From: Azolla caroliniana
Taxonomy: Eukaryota; Plantae; Polypodiophyta
Assembly (NCBI GenBank): GCA_043228905.1
Contig: JBHGNT010000011.1
Span: 3,472,001-3,536,000 of the forward strand
Direction of reading: 5' to 3'
DNA length: 64,000 nt
The position numbers were made by a program, and so were the translations under genes. The notes beneath the pieces were generated by a model. It was not told where the DNA came from, did no database searches, and saw only the letters and a program-made list of their open reading frames with translations. Within the stretch, counting starts at the first letter, position 1, and each line of letters starts with the position of its first letter. Below, one piece after another: positions 24,412 through 38,700 of the stretch.

Positions 24412-27400
24412 TGTCGAATACATGTGTATAATGGACGTATTCACACTATCCCGTTTTGGCCATTTATGTAATTAGCATAAAGGGTAGTTGCCCTAAGTCG
24501 GTCACTATATATAGTGACCTTGTAACCTCTTTGTAAGGTTGGGTGTTGTATTATTACTTTGTGGAATAAGAAGTCTTTTGTGCCTCTCTCTCTCTCTCTC
24601 TCTCTCTCTGTGCACGACCTACAATCTGTCATACGCAGGTAATCAGCACGAATCGAATGCTTCTTGATCTTCCACATTGACGACATTGTCTCCAACATCT
24701 GGTATCAGAGCAGAGGTTCGGCCGTCATCACCGCCTGCACAGCATTCGGTTCTTCACTTCATCACGGCCTGCACAGTATTCGCGTCATTCGAAGAAAGAG
24801 AGAAGAAGAACAAAAACGAGGTTTGCACCTCATCGCGTTAGATCCTCTTGCTTGGAGTAAGCCATCAGGTTGTACTCTGTTCCTTGTGATCGTAACCGCT
24901 CGAGGTGAAATCCCCTTGTGCAACATTGACACGATCGTGCTCCACTCGGTTAAACGGCATCCGAAAAGGTCATTAAACGCTGCTCGCTGCTCGTTGTAAC
25001 CACTCGGTGCAGATCGGTCTCAAGACAACAACCCCAATTCGCGCTTCATCCGGCTGATCGACATTCGGGACGATCAGTTGGATCTGTCTCTCTCGTCGCT
25101 GCAGCCACCCGAAGCAGAATCGGTTCAGATAATCGGTTTCAATAATCGGTATTCGGCATATATATATATATATCTGAAGCGAACCGGGCTCACTCCGACT
25201 CGGCAACATTCGGGAAGACCAGTCGGTTCTGTCCCTCAAGTTACCGGAGTCAATTCGAGCAAGTTCAACAATACATATATCCGAAGCCGAACCGACTCGG
25301 GTTCAAATCCGACTAGAACGATATCGGGTGAGCCAACCGGCTGCACTCCAACAAGGTTCGTAGTCAACTTCGAACCGAGCTTCGTCAACCGAAACCGAAT
25401 TTGATGGCATCAACATCCGGCTCGTCAGAAATGAGTCTACGAAAGTTCGATGGATCGAACTTCAACTTCTGGAAGGAGCAAATGCAGGACTATCTCATAG
25501 TCAAGGGGCAAATCGATCCCATCGAAAATGAAGAACCTCCAGAAGGATACAAACCAATTGAGTGGCAGAAGCTGGACAGAATCGTCCGCGCCACGATTCG
25601 GATGCACCTATCGGAATCGGTATACTTTACGGTGCAATCGTGTACGACAGCATTCGAACTGTGGAAAACACTGTCGGACACTTACGAAAAGAAGGTCGCC
25701 GCAACAAAGATGTTTCTGATCCGGCGCCTCTACAACTTGCGGATGAAAGAATCCGATTCGGTTCAAGCACACCTCAATGAGTACGAAAGCATAAGCTCCC
25801 AAATCTCGTCACAGGGGACGGCAATCGAGGATGAACTCAGAGCAATGATACTCATGAGCAGCCTTCCCTCATCATGGGAAACTTTCGTCACAACCGTGTG
25901 CAACGCGTCAACCACGGCTGTTAAATACTCCGAAGTCACGAGCGCAATCCTGACCGAAGCAGCTCGGAGAAAGTCTTTCGCCAAAGACTCAACAGACGAC
26001 GCTTATGTAGTACAAGGTTCGACAGACCGATCGAACATACGAGGAAGAGATTCCTCACGGCCGCCGAACAATCAACGAAGACGGAGCCAGTCACGGGATA
26101 ACCGAATCTGCAACTATTGCAAGAAACCCGGACACATCAAAGCCGACTGCCGCACACTCAAGAACAAGAACAACAAGAAGAGTGGCCGGCATGAGGAGAT
26201 CAATTACGTCAGCTTCTCAGCTGATGTGCTACCAGACGACCCGAATATACTATCAATCGAAAATCCAGTCGGATCAGAAGTTCTACTCACGACTGAAGAA
26301 TCGAGCACATGGCTCTTAGATTCGGGCGCGTCATTTCACGTGACTCCTCATCGATCCCAATTTCGGCAATATACGATCCGTCACTCCGACTCAGTTCGAG
26401 TCGGCAACTCACAACACTGTGACATCATCGGAATCGGCACAGTAGAGCTCAACCTTGCAGGTGGCTCTACACTTGTACTCCACAATGTCCGACATGTACC
26501 CGAGCTCTCAAGGCCATTGATCTCAGTCGGACAACTAGATGAAGACGGCATTCGTGCCGGTTTTTCTTCGAGAGGGTGGACACTCCACAGGGGGAACCTC
26601 CTGCTTGCTAGAGGACCCAAGATACACTCCCTGTATCCGTTACATGTTACGCTCAGAGAGGGTAACCTGTTTTTGGTGGATATTCCTGTGTCATCACTAT
26701 GGCACAGAAGATTAGGACACCTCAGCAAGGCCGGCATCACGCACCTATCTAGAGCCGGATACATCCCCAAACTCTCCTTCTCCGACCATCAATTCTGCGA
26801 GCATTGCCAGTATGGCAAACAAGTAGCCGCATCACACCCGACATCAGCACCAAGAGAAACGAGACCTCTCGATTTAGTCCACTCGGACGTCTGTGGCCCA
26901 ATGCCGCATCAGTCTCTAGGCGGTGCCTCTTACTTCGTCACTTTTATTGACGATTCGACTCGAAAGGTGTGGGCTTATCCAACGCACCAAAGATCGGGTC
27001 TTCTCGATATTCTCAGATTGGCTCGCTATGGTAGAAAATCAAACCGACCGAAAGCTGAAATGCCTTCGGACAGACAATGGGGGAGAGTTCAAATCAGAAG
27101 AATTCGTCAAATTCTGCCGACAACGCGGCATCCGACGTGAATTTACGGCACCACACAGTCCGGAGCAAAACGGGATTGCCGAACGCATGAATCGGACAAT
27201 CCAAGAACGGATAGTTTCCATGCTCCAACACTCCGGACTGTCGGATGGCTTCTGGGCAGAGGCTCTACTCACGGCAGTACACATAATCAATATGTCGCCA
27301 AGTAGACCTCTAGGACTTCAAATTCCTCAGGAACTATGGATCGGCAGTAAGCCGAATTACGACAAGCTGAGGATCTTCGGATGCGAGGCGTACGCCCTTA

Positions 27401-29885
27401 TTCCGAAAGATGATCGCCGAAAACTTGCACCTCGGTCCAGGAAATGCATTTTCCTTGGATATGGATCAGACGGCGAAATGGGATACCGACTCTGGGATCC
27501 CGAACGCAGACAAATCGTCCGAAGTTCGGACGTTGTGTTCAACGAGTCGGCTATGAACCCATCAGTCGAAAAACCAATCGAAGTCCGAAGGGTAACATTT
27601 TCCGATGTGCCGACCCTTCAAGAAGGCCCCGCTCTCAACACACGGTCAGCTTCACGGGTAGCTGAACCTTACACTACCGACTCGGACAACTCCGACTCGG
27701 AACAGCAGAACAACTCGCTTTCGGACCATCCGACCACGATACCCGATGCGACCAGTCCAATCATACCTCGACGATCCGAGAGACTGTCGCAACCTCCGGA
27801 GAGGTACTCTCCTGGAATTTTCTTCACCGACGCCGGCGAACCGACGTCTTACGAAGAAGCATCGACATCTGTCGATTCCGCCACCTGGCATCTGGCGATG
27901 GAGTCGGAAATGCACTCCATTCGGGCAAACAAGACTTGGGATCTGGTTGAATTACCCAGGAACCGACGTGCTCTTCCTTGCAAGTGGGTTTATCGACTAA
28001 AAGAGACGTCTGATTCGACCACCCCAAAGTACAAGGCCAGATTAGTTGCGAAGGGCTTCCGACAAGAATATGGCGTCGACTTCGACGAGATTTTTTCACC
28101 AGTGGTGAAAATGACAACCCTTCGTTTTCTACTCGGCGTAGTGGCAGCCGACAACTTGGAGCTGATTCAGCTAGATGTCAAAACAGCCTTCCTCCATGGT
28201 GATCTCGAGGAGGAAATTTATATGGAGCAGCCAAAAGGCTTCGTGGCACCTGGCCAAGAACATCTAGTCTGCCGACTCAGGAAGAGTCTATACGGCCTCA
28301 AACAGGCACCGCGACAATGGTACAAGAAGTTCGACGACTTCATCCAATCGATCGGCTTCTCAAAAAGCGATGAGGACCATTGTCTCTTTACCAACACAGC
28401 TCAAGATGGATCACCCATCTTCCTCATCATTTACGTGGACGACATGCTAATTTCTGGACGCCACGCGGGCGAACTTGCCGATCTCGTTCGGCAACTGCGG
28501 TTGAAGTTTGCCATGAAGGACCTCGGTCCGGCACGACACATACTCGGCATGAAGATTAGTCGGCATCGCGATAAACGACATCTTTTTTTGTCTCAGACCG
28601 ACTACATCGGACGTGTCTTGGAACGCTTCAACATGCAATCAGCCAAATCTGCTTCAACCCCGCTCCCCATGAATCTTCGGCTCTCTCAGCGAGACTGCCC
28701 GACATCCGGTCCGGAGGGGGAAGATATGAAGTCGGTACCGTATGCACCGGCAGTCGGCTCCCTTATGTACCTGATGGTCGCAACACGGCCTGATATTTCT
28801 CACGCCGTAGGAGTCGTTAGCAGATTTATGCACAATCCTGGCCGATCGCATTGGAACGCAGTCAAGCATGTGTTCAGATATCTGGCTGGCACAAAAGACC
28901 ACGGCATTCTTTTCGGTCCGAACCGAACCTCAGGCGTAGTCGGTTACACCGACTCGGACTTCGCCGGCTGTATAGACAGTCGGAAATCAACAACCGGATA
29001 CTGCTTCAAATTCGGCAATGGAGCAATCTCGTGGAAGTCGAAACTTCAGGAGTGCACAGCGACCTCAACGACCGAAGCAGAATATGTAGCTGCGTCCGAC
29101 GCAGCAAAAGAAGCTTTGTGGCTCGGTCGGCTGGCGCACACGTTTCGACAAGTCGACCATGCCTCAGCTCCAGTTGTCTACAGCGACAGTCAAGGTGTTG
29201 TTGCCTTGTCGAAAAATCCGGTTCACCACAACGCCTCCAAACATATCGACGTTCGATATCACTTCGTTCGGGACTGCGTCATTTCAGGGAAAATCGGTCT
29301 AGAGAAAATATCCACAACCGACAATGTCGCAGATGGAATGACCAAATGTCTTTCGGCAGACCGTTTTCGGTCTCTTCGGCATCAGATGGGCGTAACGACA
29401 AACCAGTCCGGTTAGAGCCGGACACAGAGCAGGATGGTTCCCGACAACCGACATCAGTTCCTTAATGATCGGCTTCAACTGTTCCGACCCGACCAGTTCG
29501 GTCTTCTGCCTTCGGACCCTGCCGACTCGAACAAAGCTGATATGTCCGAGAACCTAAGTCTATACCTGTAATCTTAGATAACCCATGTATACGCCCATTA
29601 CGGGGGAGTGTCGAATACATGTGTATAATGGACGTATTCACACTATCCCGTTTTGGCCATTTATGTAATTAGCATAAAGGGTAGTTGCCCTAAGTCGGTC
29701 ACTATATATAGTGACCTTGTAACCTCTTTGTAAGGTTGGGTGTTGTATTATTACTTTGTGGAATAAGAAGTCTTTTGTGCCTCTCTCTCTCTCTCTCTCT
29801 CTCTCTGTGCACGACCTACAATCTGTCATACGCAGGTAATCAGCACGAATCGAATGCTTCTTGATCTTCCACATTGACGACATTG
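24412..29885 (+). mobile_element. Ty1/Copia element D, near intact
   Basis: 5' LTR 24412-24697; PBS TGGTATCAGAGC 24700-24711; PPT GGGGGAG; 3' LTR 29609-29885 lacks its last 9 nt. Confidence 0.95.
25404..29415 (+). pseudogene. Copia D gag-pol with one frameshift in integrase (~26980)
   Basis: ORFs 25401-27140 and 26923-29415 join at KVWAYP / RTKDRVF; WLLDSGAS, YVDDML, YTDSDFAG present. Confidence 0.9.
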
Positions 29886-32800
29886 ACGAGATGTGAAATG
29901 TATGACCGCCGATGGTGACTTCTAATTTCCGTATTAATCCTGTCGGCCGCACTGAGCTTGTATCGGCCATCCGCAACCAGAACGGACACGGCTCCCACTC
30001 GTGGATTCCTAGGGCATCACACGTCCGGAGGCTTATTACATTCACCCCAGAGCCTCCGTCTATAACTATGCCGGGGAGTTCTTTCCCTTTTACAATGGCA
30101 GTGATTACCGGACTGCTGGTGTCCACCACCGTTGGTCCCTCCTCCGGATTCGAGAAGAGTACCGGTGCCGGTGATGGTTCTCCTGCCGTCATGGCCGTCT
30201 TCAGTCCTTCCGTGAATCTTGGCACGAGTTGTAGGAATCTTCCTAGTGGCAACGTAATCTGGCATTCTTGCAACGCCTGCCATGTCTCGTTCTCGGAGTG
30301 ACTACCGCCGGCAAGCCCTACGGTGTTCTCCTTTTGCTGTTGTAAGTCTGTGACATTCTGCTCGTTTGCTTTCTTTACCCATTCCGTTGCTTGTTTCCGG
30401 ATGGTCTCTTGCGTCTCCCATTCCTTGGCCATGCCCTTCGACCTTGTGGTCACCTGCTACAGATCTGCCACCTCAGGGACTACCATATTTACCGTCGGTC
30501 TTTTTTCATAGCTCTTCACCGGGCATTGGTTACTATAATGGCCTTCCTGTCGGCAATAGTAGCAGTAGGCTTTCCGGGTATTGCTAGATTCGGCATTGTC
30601 TGTTGTACCCGGGGCAAGTCCTGTGGTACGCGCGGGGTTTTGGACTGGTTGGCTGCTTGGAGCTCCTTGTTCCGGATCCCAAGGGTAGCCGCCTTTTTTA
30701 AAATGCCGTTTTTTGTTATAGCTCTTCTTATTGTGGTACTCTTGATGGGGTTGCCCGTTATATCTGCCGTATTCCTCCCGTTGCTGACGATACCCGGGGG
30801 AGTGCTCCCGGTCGTAATGTTCGTATCGTCTATTGTAATCCCGGTACCGATTATGCCGGTCATAGTTATCCCGCCGATCACCGTACCGGACATCATTCTC
30901 CCGTCGATCGCCATACCGGACATCCTGTGCTGGTCTGTCGCGGTCCATTTGCCGCCAGCGTTCGTCTTCTTCATCCCGACTGCTGCGTGGCTCAATTTGT
31001 CGGACGGGCGGTGCTTGCCGGTTCAACAGATTATACTCGCACCTATCCGTCGTATGGCTCTTGGATTGACAAATTACACATTGCGTCCTCATAGTGCATT
31101 CTAGAGCTGAGTGTCCGGAATTCAAGCAAGTTGTGCACTGTATTGCTTGCCGAAACCGGAGGTCTTCATCGGACGGTAACGCCCGTTGGAGTGCTCCCAG
31201 TGTGAGCCAGGAGCTTGTCTTTTACATCTCTCTCACCCGGTCAATGACTTGGTTGATGGTACTTGTGCGGAAGTCAATTACCGTGCAAACCGTGCGTAGG
31301 GATTCCCGGAGCGCGTTTAGGAATATAGTCCGTAATTCCTCCTCCGGGGGTGCGCGGACAAGCTGACTATGCATCCGTTGAAACCGGATGACAAATTGGG
31401 GAATGCTCTCCCCACTTCCTGTCGGATGGTATAAAATAAGCCTACCATTACGGTCTGGTCCACCTCCTTTTGAAAAAAATGCAAGAATTTAGCTTTTAAA
31501 TCTGCAAAGGTGTTTATGGTAGACGGGTCCTGCGTCCGGCGCCATCTTGCTGCTGGTCCCTCCAATGTGACGCCAAATTCCGCTATCTTAGAGTGTTCTT
31601 CTTCATCCGGGGTCAATCGCTGGGACACATGGTTGGTTTCCCATGTCTGTTCAAAGGTGTGCACATGAGCTTCCGCGTCCGGATCATCTCTATACTTGGA
31701 GTACTGGAACGACATGTTGTTGTCCGGTATCGGTGCTCGGGCTGGCAGTGTTAGTGCTCGTTCCGGAATTTTCTCCGGCGTCGGTGGACTTTCCCGATTT
31801 GTTTCCAGCGTCGGTGGTTTTTCCTCTTCTTTTGGTGACGGAGGCCTCTCCTCTTCGACTTCCGGTGTCGGAGGTTGCTCTTCCTCTGCTGGTTCCGGGG
31901 GTTCCGGTGTTGGTAAGGTATTCGATCCTTCGTCCTCCGGTCCGCCCGGGGTTTCGTTGTTGCTCCGGTAGTTCGTGTGCACGCTGTATTCTCCTTCGGA
32001 GTCTGATTCATATGCTGAAAAGGCTTCTGCTTCGCCTTCTCCGTTTGCCAACGCGTGGAGAAGGGATTCGGTTTCCCGGAGGTTGCTTAGGTTGCTGCCG
32101 TCGTCGGGTGCGATGTTTGCTGTAACCAGAGGGAGTCCTCCGCTACTCTCCGGATTACGTTGGAAAACGAGCGATCCGCTCTAATTTCTTGCGCCGCTTG
32201 CTGGAAAGCCTGGCGTCAATTCGCTGAAAAGAATCTCGGTTGTGGCCGAGTGTTGGACATAAGGAGCGTTCAGTTCCCGTCAATTGGTATCAAAGCGAAA
32301 CGACACAGAAAATGGACGAATCGTTTGGCGGCATGTTCAAGCTCACCGGCTCCAACTATTCAGTGTGGAAGTCGAAGATGAGGGACATGCTCGTGGTTAA
32401 AGACCTCTGGCTGCCGGTTCAGTTTGGGGACAAGAGACCGGACAAAATCGACGCTGCGATATGGGAGGTGATGCACATGAAGGCAACGGCATACACACGG
32501 TGCTTCATCGACATGAGCCTGTACAACAACATCAATGAAGAGAGCAAGGCTCATGAGCTCTGGGAGAAGATCGGCATAATGTTTCAAAACAAAAATGTTG
32601 TTAATCAGGTTTCGGTATTTCGGAAGCTAGTAAGACTCCGGTACCAAGATGGCTCCAGCATGGCGGAGCATATGAATGCCTTCCAGGGGCTGATACACCA
32701 GGCAACGTCATTGGAAGTACCTATTGCCGATGAGGTACTAGCGCTACTCCTGCCGGATAGCTGGGAGACGTTGGTTGTCACTTTGGGCAACGTCGGGCCG

Positions 32801-35383
32801 GAAGGAAAGCGGTTATCCCTAGCAAGAGTAAAGTCGAGCTTGCTAGATGAGGAGGTGCGTCGGAAAGACAAAGATACGAGCTCCGACTCCAAAGCGCTTC
32901 TTACCGAATCGGAACGCGAAAGACATAGAAACCGTAGTCCCCAGAACCGGGAGAAGTCGGGGACATGGTCAAAGTCAAGGAGAAGGCCTACTTGCTTCTA
33001 TTGCGGCAAGCCGGCTCACTTCCAAAAGAACTGTCGGCATTTCCGTAAAGACAAGGAAACCGATGGTACCGATTCGAAGCGGACCCCGGACCGGAACGGT
33101 AAACACCGGAAGGGGCCGGACCGGAAGGGAACGACGGCAATCGCGGCAAGTGAAGAAGAGTTGATGCTCATCACCGAGGAGTGTGAGATAAACCTTGCCG
33201 GCGACGAGATGACCTGGGTGGTAGACTCCAAAGCATCGTTCCACCTTACCCCGGACCGGAAATGCTTCTCATCCTACTCAGCCGGTGATCACAGCTGTGT
33301 CCGGATGGGGAATGAAGGTACATGCCGAATTGTCGGCATAGGAGACGTGTGGCTGACAACACCAACCGGATGCAAGTTGCTGCTGAAGGATGTCCGACAC
33401 GTTCCGAAAGTTCATCTGAACCTGATATCAGCCGGTCGGCTAGATGATGAAGGCTACACGGGTAGCATCCGGAACGGTGTCATGATGTTCAGCAAAGGGA
33501 GCCTAATTGTGGCTCGGGCCCGGAAGGTAAACACATTGTACCTGATGAATGCCCGGTTATGTCCGGAAGAAGTGAACGTGGCATCCGACACTACCGGTGA
33601 GCTGTGGCACAAGAGGCTGTGTCATACGAACGAGAAGGGGATGAAGAGGCTTGCAGACGACAACCTCATTCCAGTGAAGAACGTGCACTTAGAGAAGTGC
33701 ACTGATTGTCTGGCCGGTAAGCAGAACCGGACCTCCTTCCAACCAAGGCCACCGATGAGACGTAATGCACCACTAGAGTTGGTGCATACGGATGTGTGTC
33801 AAGTAGACACGAAGTCACATGCCGGAGCGCAGTACTTCGTGACGTTCATAGATGACCACAGCCGGAAGCTGTGGGCCACACCGTTGAAGACGAAGGATCA
33901 GGTGTTATCCGTGTTCAAAGAGCTCCACACGAGAGTGGAAAGAGAAACCGGCCGGAAGGTGAAGGCGGTTCGAGCAGATAACGGAGGAGAGTACCGGGGG
34001 CAGTTCGAGGAGTAATGTCGCTCGAAGGGAATCCGGCTCGAATTTACCGTGCCGAAGACGCCGGAACTAAACGGACTGGCCAAGAGGATGAACCGAACCA
34101 TAATGGAGAGGGTCCGGAGTATGCTAGCGCATGCAAAACTACCCAAGAAGTTTTGGGTTGAGGCACTGTCGACGGCGACATATGTGATAAATAGATCACC
34201 CTTAGTACCCTTGGACGGAGACACGCCACAGAGAGTATGGACCGGTAAGGAAGTATCCTACCGGCATCTGAAGGTGTTCGGGTGTCTCGCGTACGTGCAT
34301 GTAGCAAAGGACCGGAGAGGAAAGTTAGATCCAAAGACCCGGCCATGCATATTCCTCGGTTACGGTGACGATGAGTTCGGCTACCGAGTGTGAGACCCGA
34401 TCGACAAGAAGGTATTCCGGAGTCGAGATATTATCTTCATGGAGGACAAGACGCTCGCCGACTGGGAGTCAGAGAAGAAGATAATGAACTCCGAGTCGAC
34501 CGGTAAGGATCGACTCTATGATGAGCAGACCCAACCGGCAAGAGACCGGTTAGCACTCGAAGAACCAGCCGGATATGGTGAGGATACTGAACCGGCAGAA
34601 GAAGAGGTAGAGGAAGCTGAGACCGGAACCAGCCTAGACCCCGAATCGGATTCGGATGAAGAGCAAATGGAGGAATCGGCTACCGAAGCCCAGAGACGGA
34701 GATATCCTCTCAGAGAAAGAAGGGCCCCCCGGAGATTTCCGGACGCAGAGCATGTTCTGCTGACCGATGAGGGGGAGCCGGAAAGCTTCGAAGAAGCGAA
34801 GGATGACACCCACAACCGAAAATGGTTAAGTGCCATGCAGGATGAGATGGATTCCCTACATGAGAACCATACGTACGAATTGGTGGAGTTGCCGAAAGGA
34901 AAGCGGTCACTCCGAAACAAGTGGGTGTACAAGTTGAAACTGGGAGATGCCGGCAACCCCCCGAGATACAAAGCGAGGATCGTGGTGAAGGGGTTCCAGC
35001 AGAAGAAGGGCGTGGACTTCGAGGATTGAAGGGCACTTCAAATATGTGTCTCCGATTCGGCTCCGGAAAACCTCAACTGGACGGTTTCACCGATTCGAAC
35101 ACGTTGGCTGATGTGGATACCAGCCGGTCTACATCCGGGTATGTGATGACATATGCAGGGGGAGTTCTTTCGTGGCAGTCGAGGCTGCAGAAGACGGTTG
35201 CATTGTCAACCACGAAGGCAGAGTACATGGCAGTTGTGGAAGCCGGCAAGGAAATATTATGGATGAAGGACTTTATCGGAGAGCTCGGTATCCGACAAGA
35301 TGAATACCGACTCTATTGCAACAGTCAAAGTGCCATCCACCTTGCTAAGAATGCAGCTTACCATTCTCGGACGAAGCATATCC

Positions 35384-35705
35384 TGTTGGGATTTCGGTCC
35401 CTCCGGATGGGATGTCCGGAGATGAATGACGGCAAGCCCGGTTGTGGTTACGGAACCGGAGGATGAAGAGTACCCGGCTACGGAGCCGGATGATGAAGAC
35501 CCCGGCTACGGAGCCGGATGATGAATGTACCCGGAGAGAGATCCGGATGCGGGGACATATTTGTGAATATGTTTGCCAAGGGCCCTTGAGGCTATATTTG
35601 TAAATAGCCCGAAAGTCATATGTGTATAAATATGACTTAGGGCAAACAGTTTGTTGTTGTTACTCATTTTTCTGGTTTTCCACTTAGAGGGAGCTAAGTG
35701 TGCAG

Positions 35706-35740
<35 letters not shown>

Positions 35741-38700
35741 GAAGAGGTCGTTGCCTCTGTGTATTACCGCCGCCTGTGGCGAAGACAGTGAGCGCAAGGT
35801 TGTTGCCTTGTAGCTTCACCATTGTACATCTCTGTTTATAGTGATAGTTGGAGTTTGAGGACTCCCGTGGTTTTTCCCATTTAGGGTTTTCCACGTAAAA
35901 CATCCTGTGTACTCTTCTCTCTATTGTCTTCGTGCATTTTGTATTTCCTGTTTTCTGCGAGTTGATCCTATTCCTCGGTTGTGGCCGAGCACTGTGTTTA
36001 ACAAAGTGATATCAGAGCGACGGTAACACAGAAAATGGAAGGCGGCGGTAGTGGGCCTCCGGGCATGATGGTGTTGAACTCACAGAACTACGCCGACTGG
36101 AAGATAAAGATGGAAGACCTTCTCATCGTCCGAGACCTGTACGAACCGATCGACAATGCCGAGATACCCAAGGGGGTAATAGAGTCGGAGTGGAAGCTCC
36201 TGAACCGGAAAGCCGTAGCGACGATCCGGCAATATGTCGATGTAAGTGTCCTGCAACATGTGGCGAACGATACGAACGCCTATGAGATGTGGCAGAAGCT
36301 GTCCGGACTGTATGAGAGGAAGAATGCTCTGACCCGGACCTCCCTGATGAGGAAGATAGTGAATCTTAAGTACCGGGACGGCGAGAGCATGGTCGAACAC
36401 GTCAGCACGTTCATGGGATTCGTGAACCAGCTTGCGGCGATCAAGTTCCCGTTGGATGACGCAATGCAAGCCATCATGCTGATGTGTACCCTTCCGGAGA
36501 GCTGGGAGAACTTGGTAGTTACTCTCAGCACCTCCTGTAAGGAAGAGAACTTGTCTTTACTAACGGTAAAGACAAGTATTCTAAATGAAGAAGCGCGTCG
36601 GAGAGATAAAGAACCGGCCTCCGACTCGAAGGCGCTGCTTACCGAATCGGAACGGGGAAGACAACGGAACCGGAGTCCGCAAAGACGGGAGAAGTCGGGG
36701 ACACGGTCACAGTCGAGGGGAAGACCTACATGCTTCTATTGTGGGAAGCCGGGGCACTTCCAAAAGAACTGTCGGCATTTCCGGAAAGACAACGGAACCG
36801 ACGGTACCGATTCGAAGAAGTCACCGGAGCGAAACGGTGCATACCGGGGAGCCACGGACCGGAGAGGTTCGGATCGGCGAGGGCAGGACCGGAAAGGAAC
36901 GACGGCACTCGCGGCAAGTGAAGAAGAGATAATGCTCATTACCGAAGAGAGGGAGCTGAACCTTGCCGGTGAAGAGATGACCTGGGTGGTCGATTCCGGA
37001 GCGTCGTTCCACCTGACCCCGGAGAAGAAATACTTCTCATCCTACACAGCCGGTGAGCACGGCTGTGTCCGGATGGGAAATGAAGGTACATGCCGGATTT
37101 CCGGCATAGGAGACGTGTGGCTGATGACATCAACCGGATGCAAGATGCTGCTGATGGATGTCCGACACGTTTCGGAGGTTCGATTGAACCTGATTTCGGC
37201 CGGGAGGCTAGACGATGAAGGCTACACGGGTAGCATCCGGAACGGTGTCATGAAGTTCAGCAAAGGGAGCCTGATAGTGGCTCGGGCCCGGAAGGTCAAC
37301 ACATTGTACCTGATGAATTCCCGGCTATGTCCGGAGGAGCTGAACGTGGCAGCTGACACTGCCAGTGATCTGTGGCACAAGAGACTGTGCCACATGAGTG
37401 AGAAGGGGATGAAGAGGCTTGCAGAAGACAACCTTATTCCAGTGAAGCATGTGCACCTGGAGAAGTGCACCGATTGCCTGGCCGGTAAGCAGAACCAAAC
37501 CTCCTTCCACTCAAGGCCACCGACGAGACGTAGCGCACCATTGGAGTTGGTGCACACTGACGTGTGTCAAGTAGAAACGAAGTCACATGGCGGAGCCCAG
37601 TACTTCGTGACATTCATTGATGACCACAGCCGGAAGCTGTGGACGGCACCGTTGAAGACAAAGGACCAAGTGTTGTGCGTCTTCAAAGAACTCCACGCGA
37701 GAGTGGAAAGGGAATCCGGCAAGAAGCTGAAAATGATACGAGCGGATAACGGAGGGGAATACCGGGGGCAGTTCGAGGAGTACTGTCGCTCGAAGGGAAT
37801 CCGGCTCGAGTTTACTGTGCCGAAGACGCCGCAACTGAACGGGCTGGCCGAGAGGATGAACCGGACCATAATGGAGAGGGTCCGGAGTATGCTGGCGCAT
37901 GCGAAATTACCCAAGGGGTTTTGGGCTGAGGCAATGTCGACGGCGACATACGTGATAAACAAATCACCCTCAGTACCTTTGGACGGAGACACGCCGCAGA
38001 GAGTGTGGACCGGTAGGGAAGTATCCTACCGGCATCTGAAGGTGTTCGGGTGTCTCACATATGTGCATGTGGCAAAGGACCGGAGAGGAAAGCTAGATCC
38101 AAAGACCCGGCCATGCATATTCCTCGGTTACGGCGATGACGAGTTCGGCTACCGAGTATGGGACCCGGTCGACAGGAAGATATTCCGGAGTCGTGATATC
38201 ATCTTCATGGAGGACAAGACACTCGCCGACTGGGAGTCGGAGAAGAAGATGAAGAGCTCCAAGTCGACCGGTGAGGATCAATTGTACGAGGAGCAGTCCC
38301 GACCGGCAAGGGACCGGTTAGCACTCGAGGATCCGGCCGAAGACGGTGAAGAAACAGAACCGGCCGAGGAAGATGAAACTGATACCGGAACCGGCCCCGA
38401 TCCCGAAATGGATTCGGATGAAGAGGAAACGGAGGAGCCGGTTACCGAAGCTCCGGAACGGAGATACCCTCTAAGAGAGAGAAGGGCCCCCCGGAGATTT
38501 CCGGAACCAGAGCACGTGCTGCTAACCGACGAGGGGGAGCCGGAGAGTTTTGAAGAAGCAAAGCTTGACACCCATAGCCGCAGGTGGTTAAGTGCCATGC
38601 AGGAGGAGATGGATTCCCTGCATGAGAACCACACATATGAACTTGTGGAGTTGCCGAAAGGAAAGCGGGTACTTCGAAACAAGTGGGTGTTCAAGCTGAA

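Larger units (their letters stand above)
10905..32225 (-). mobile_element. Ty3/Gypsy element B (non-chromovirus; gag-PR-RT-RH-INT-extra ORF), 5' end deleted, carrying three nested insertions
   Basis: gag ~32051-30457; PR IVIDGGSGVN; RT FLDGFSGYNQI/FGLKTAPATFQ 22890-21860; RH VDASDIAIG/YSTTEQEAL; INT HHCC, WGMDFVGPF, GPYW to ~19926; frameshifts present. Confidence 0.9.

Noticed and set aside
26960-27000. Programmed frameshift in Copia D
   Set aside because: It falls inside the integrase core with no slippery site; more likely a 1-nt indel or sequencing error
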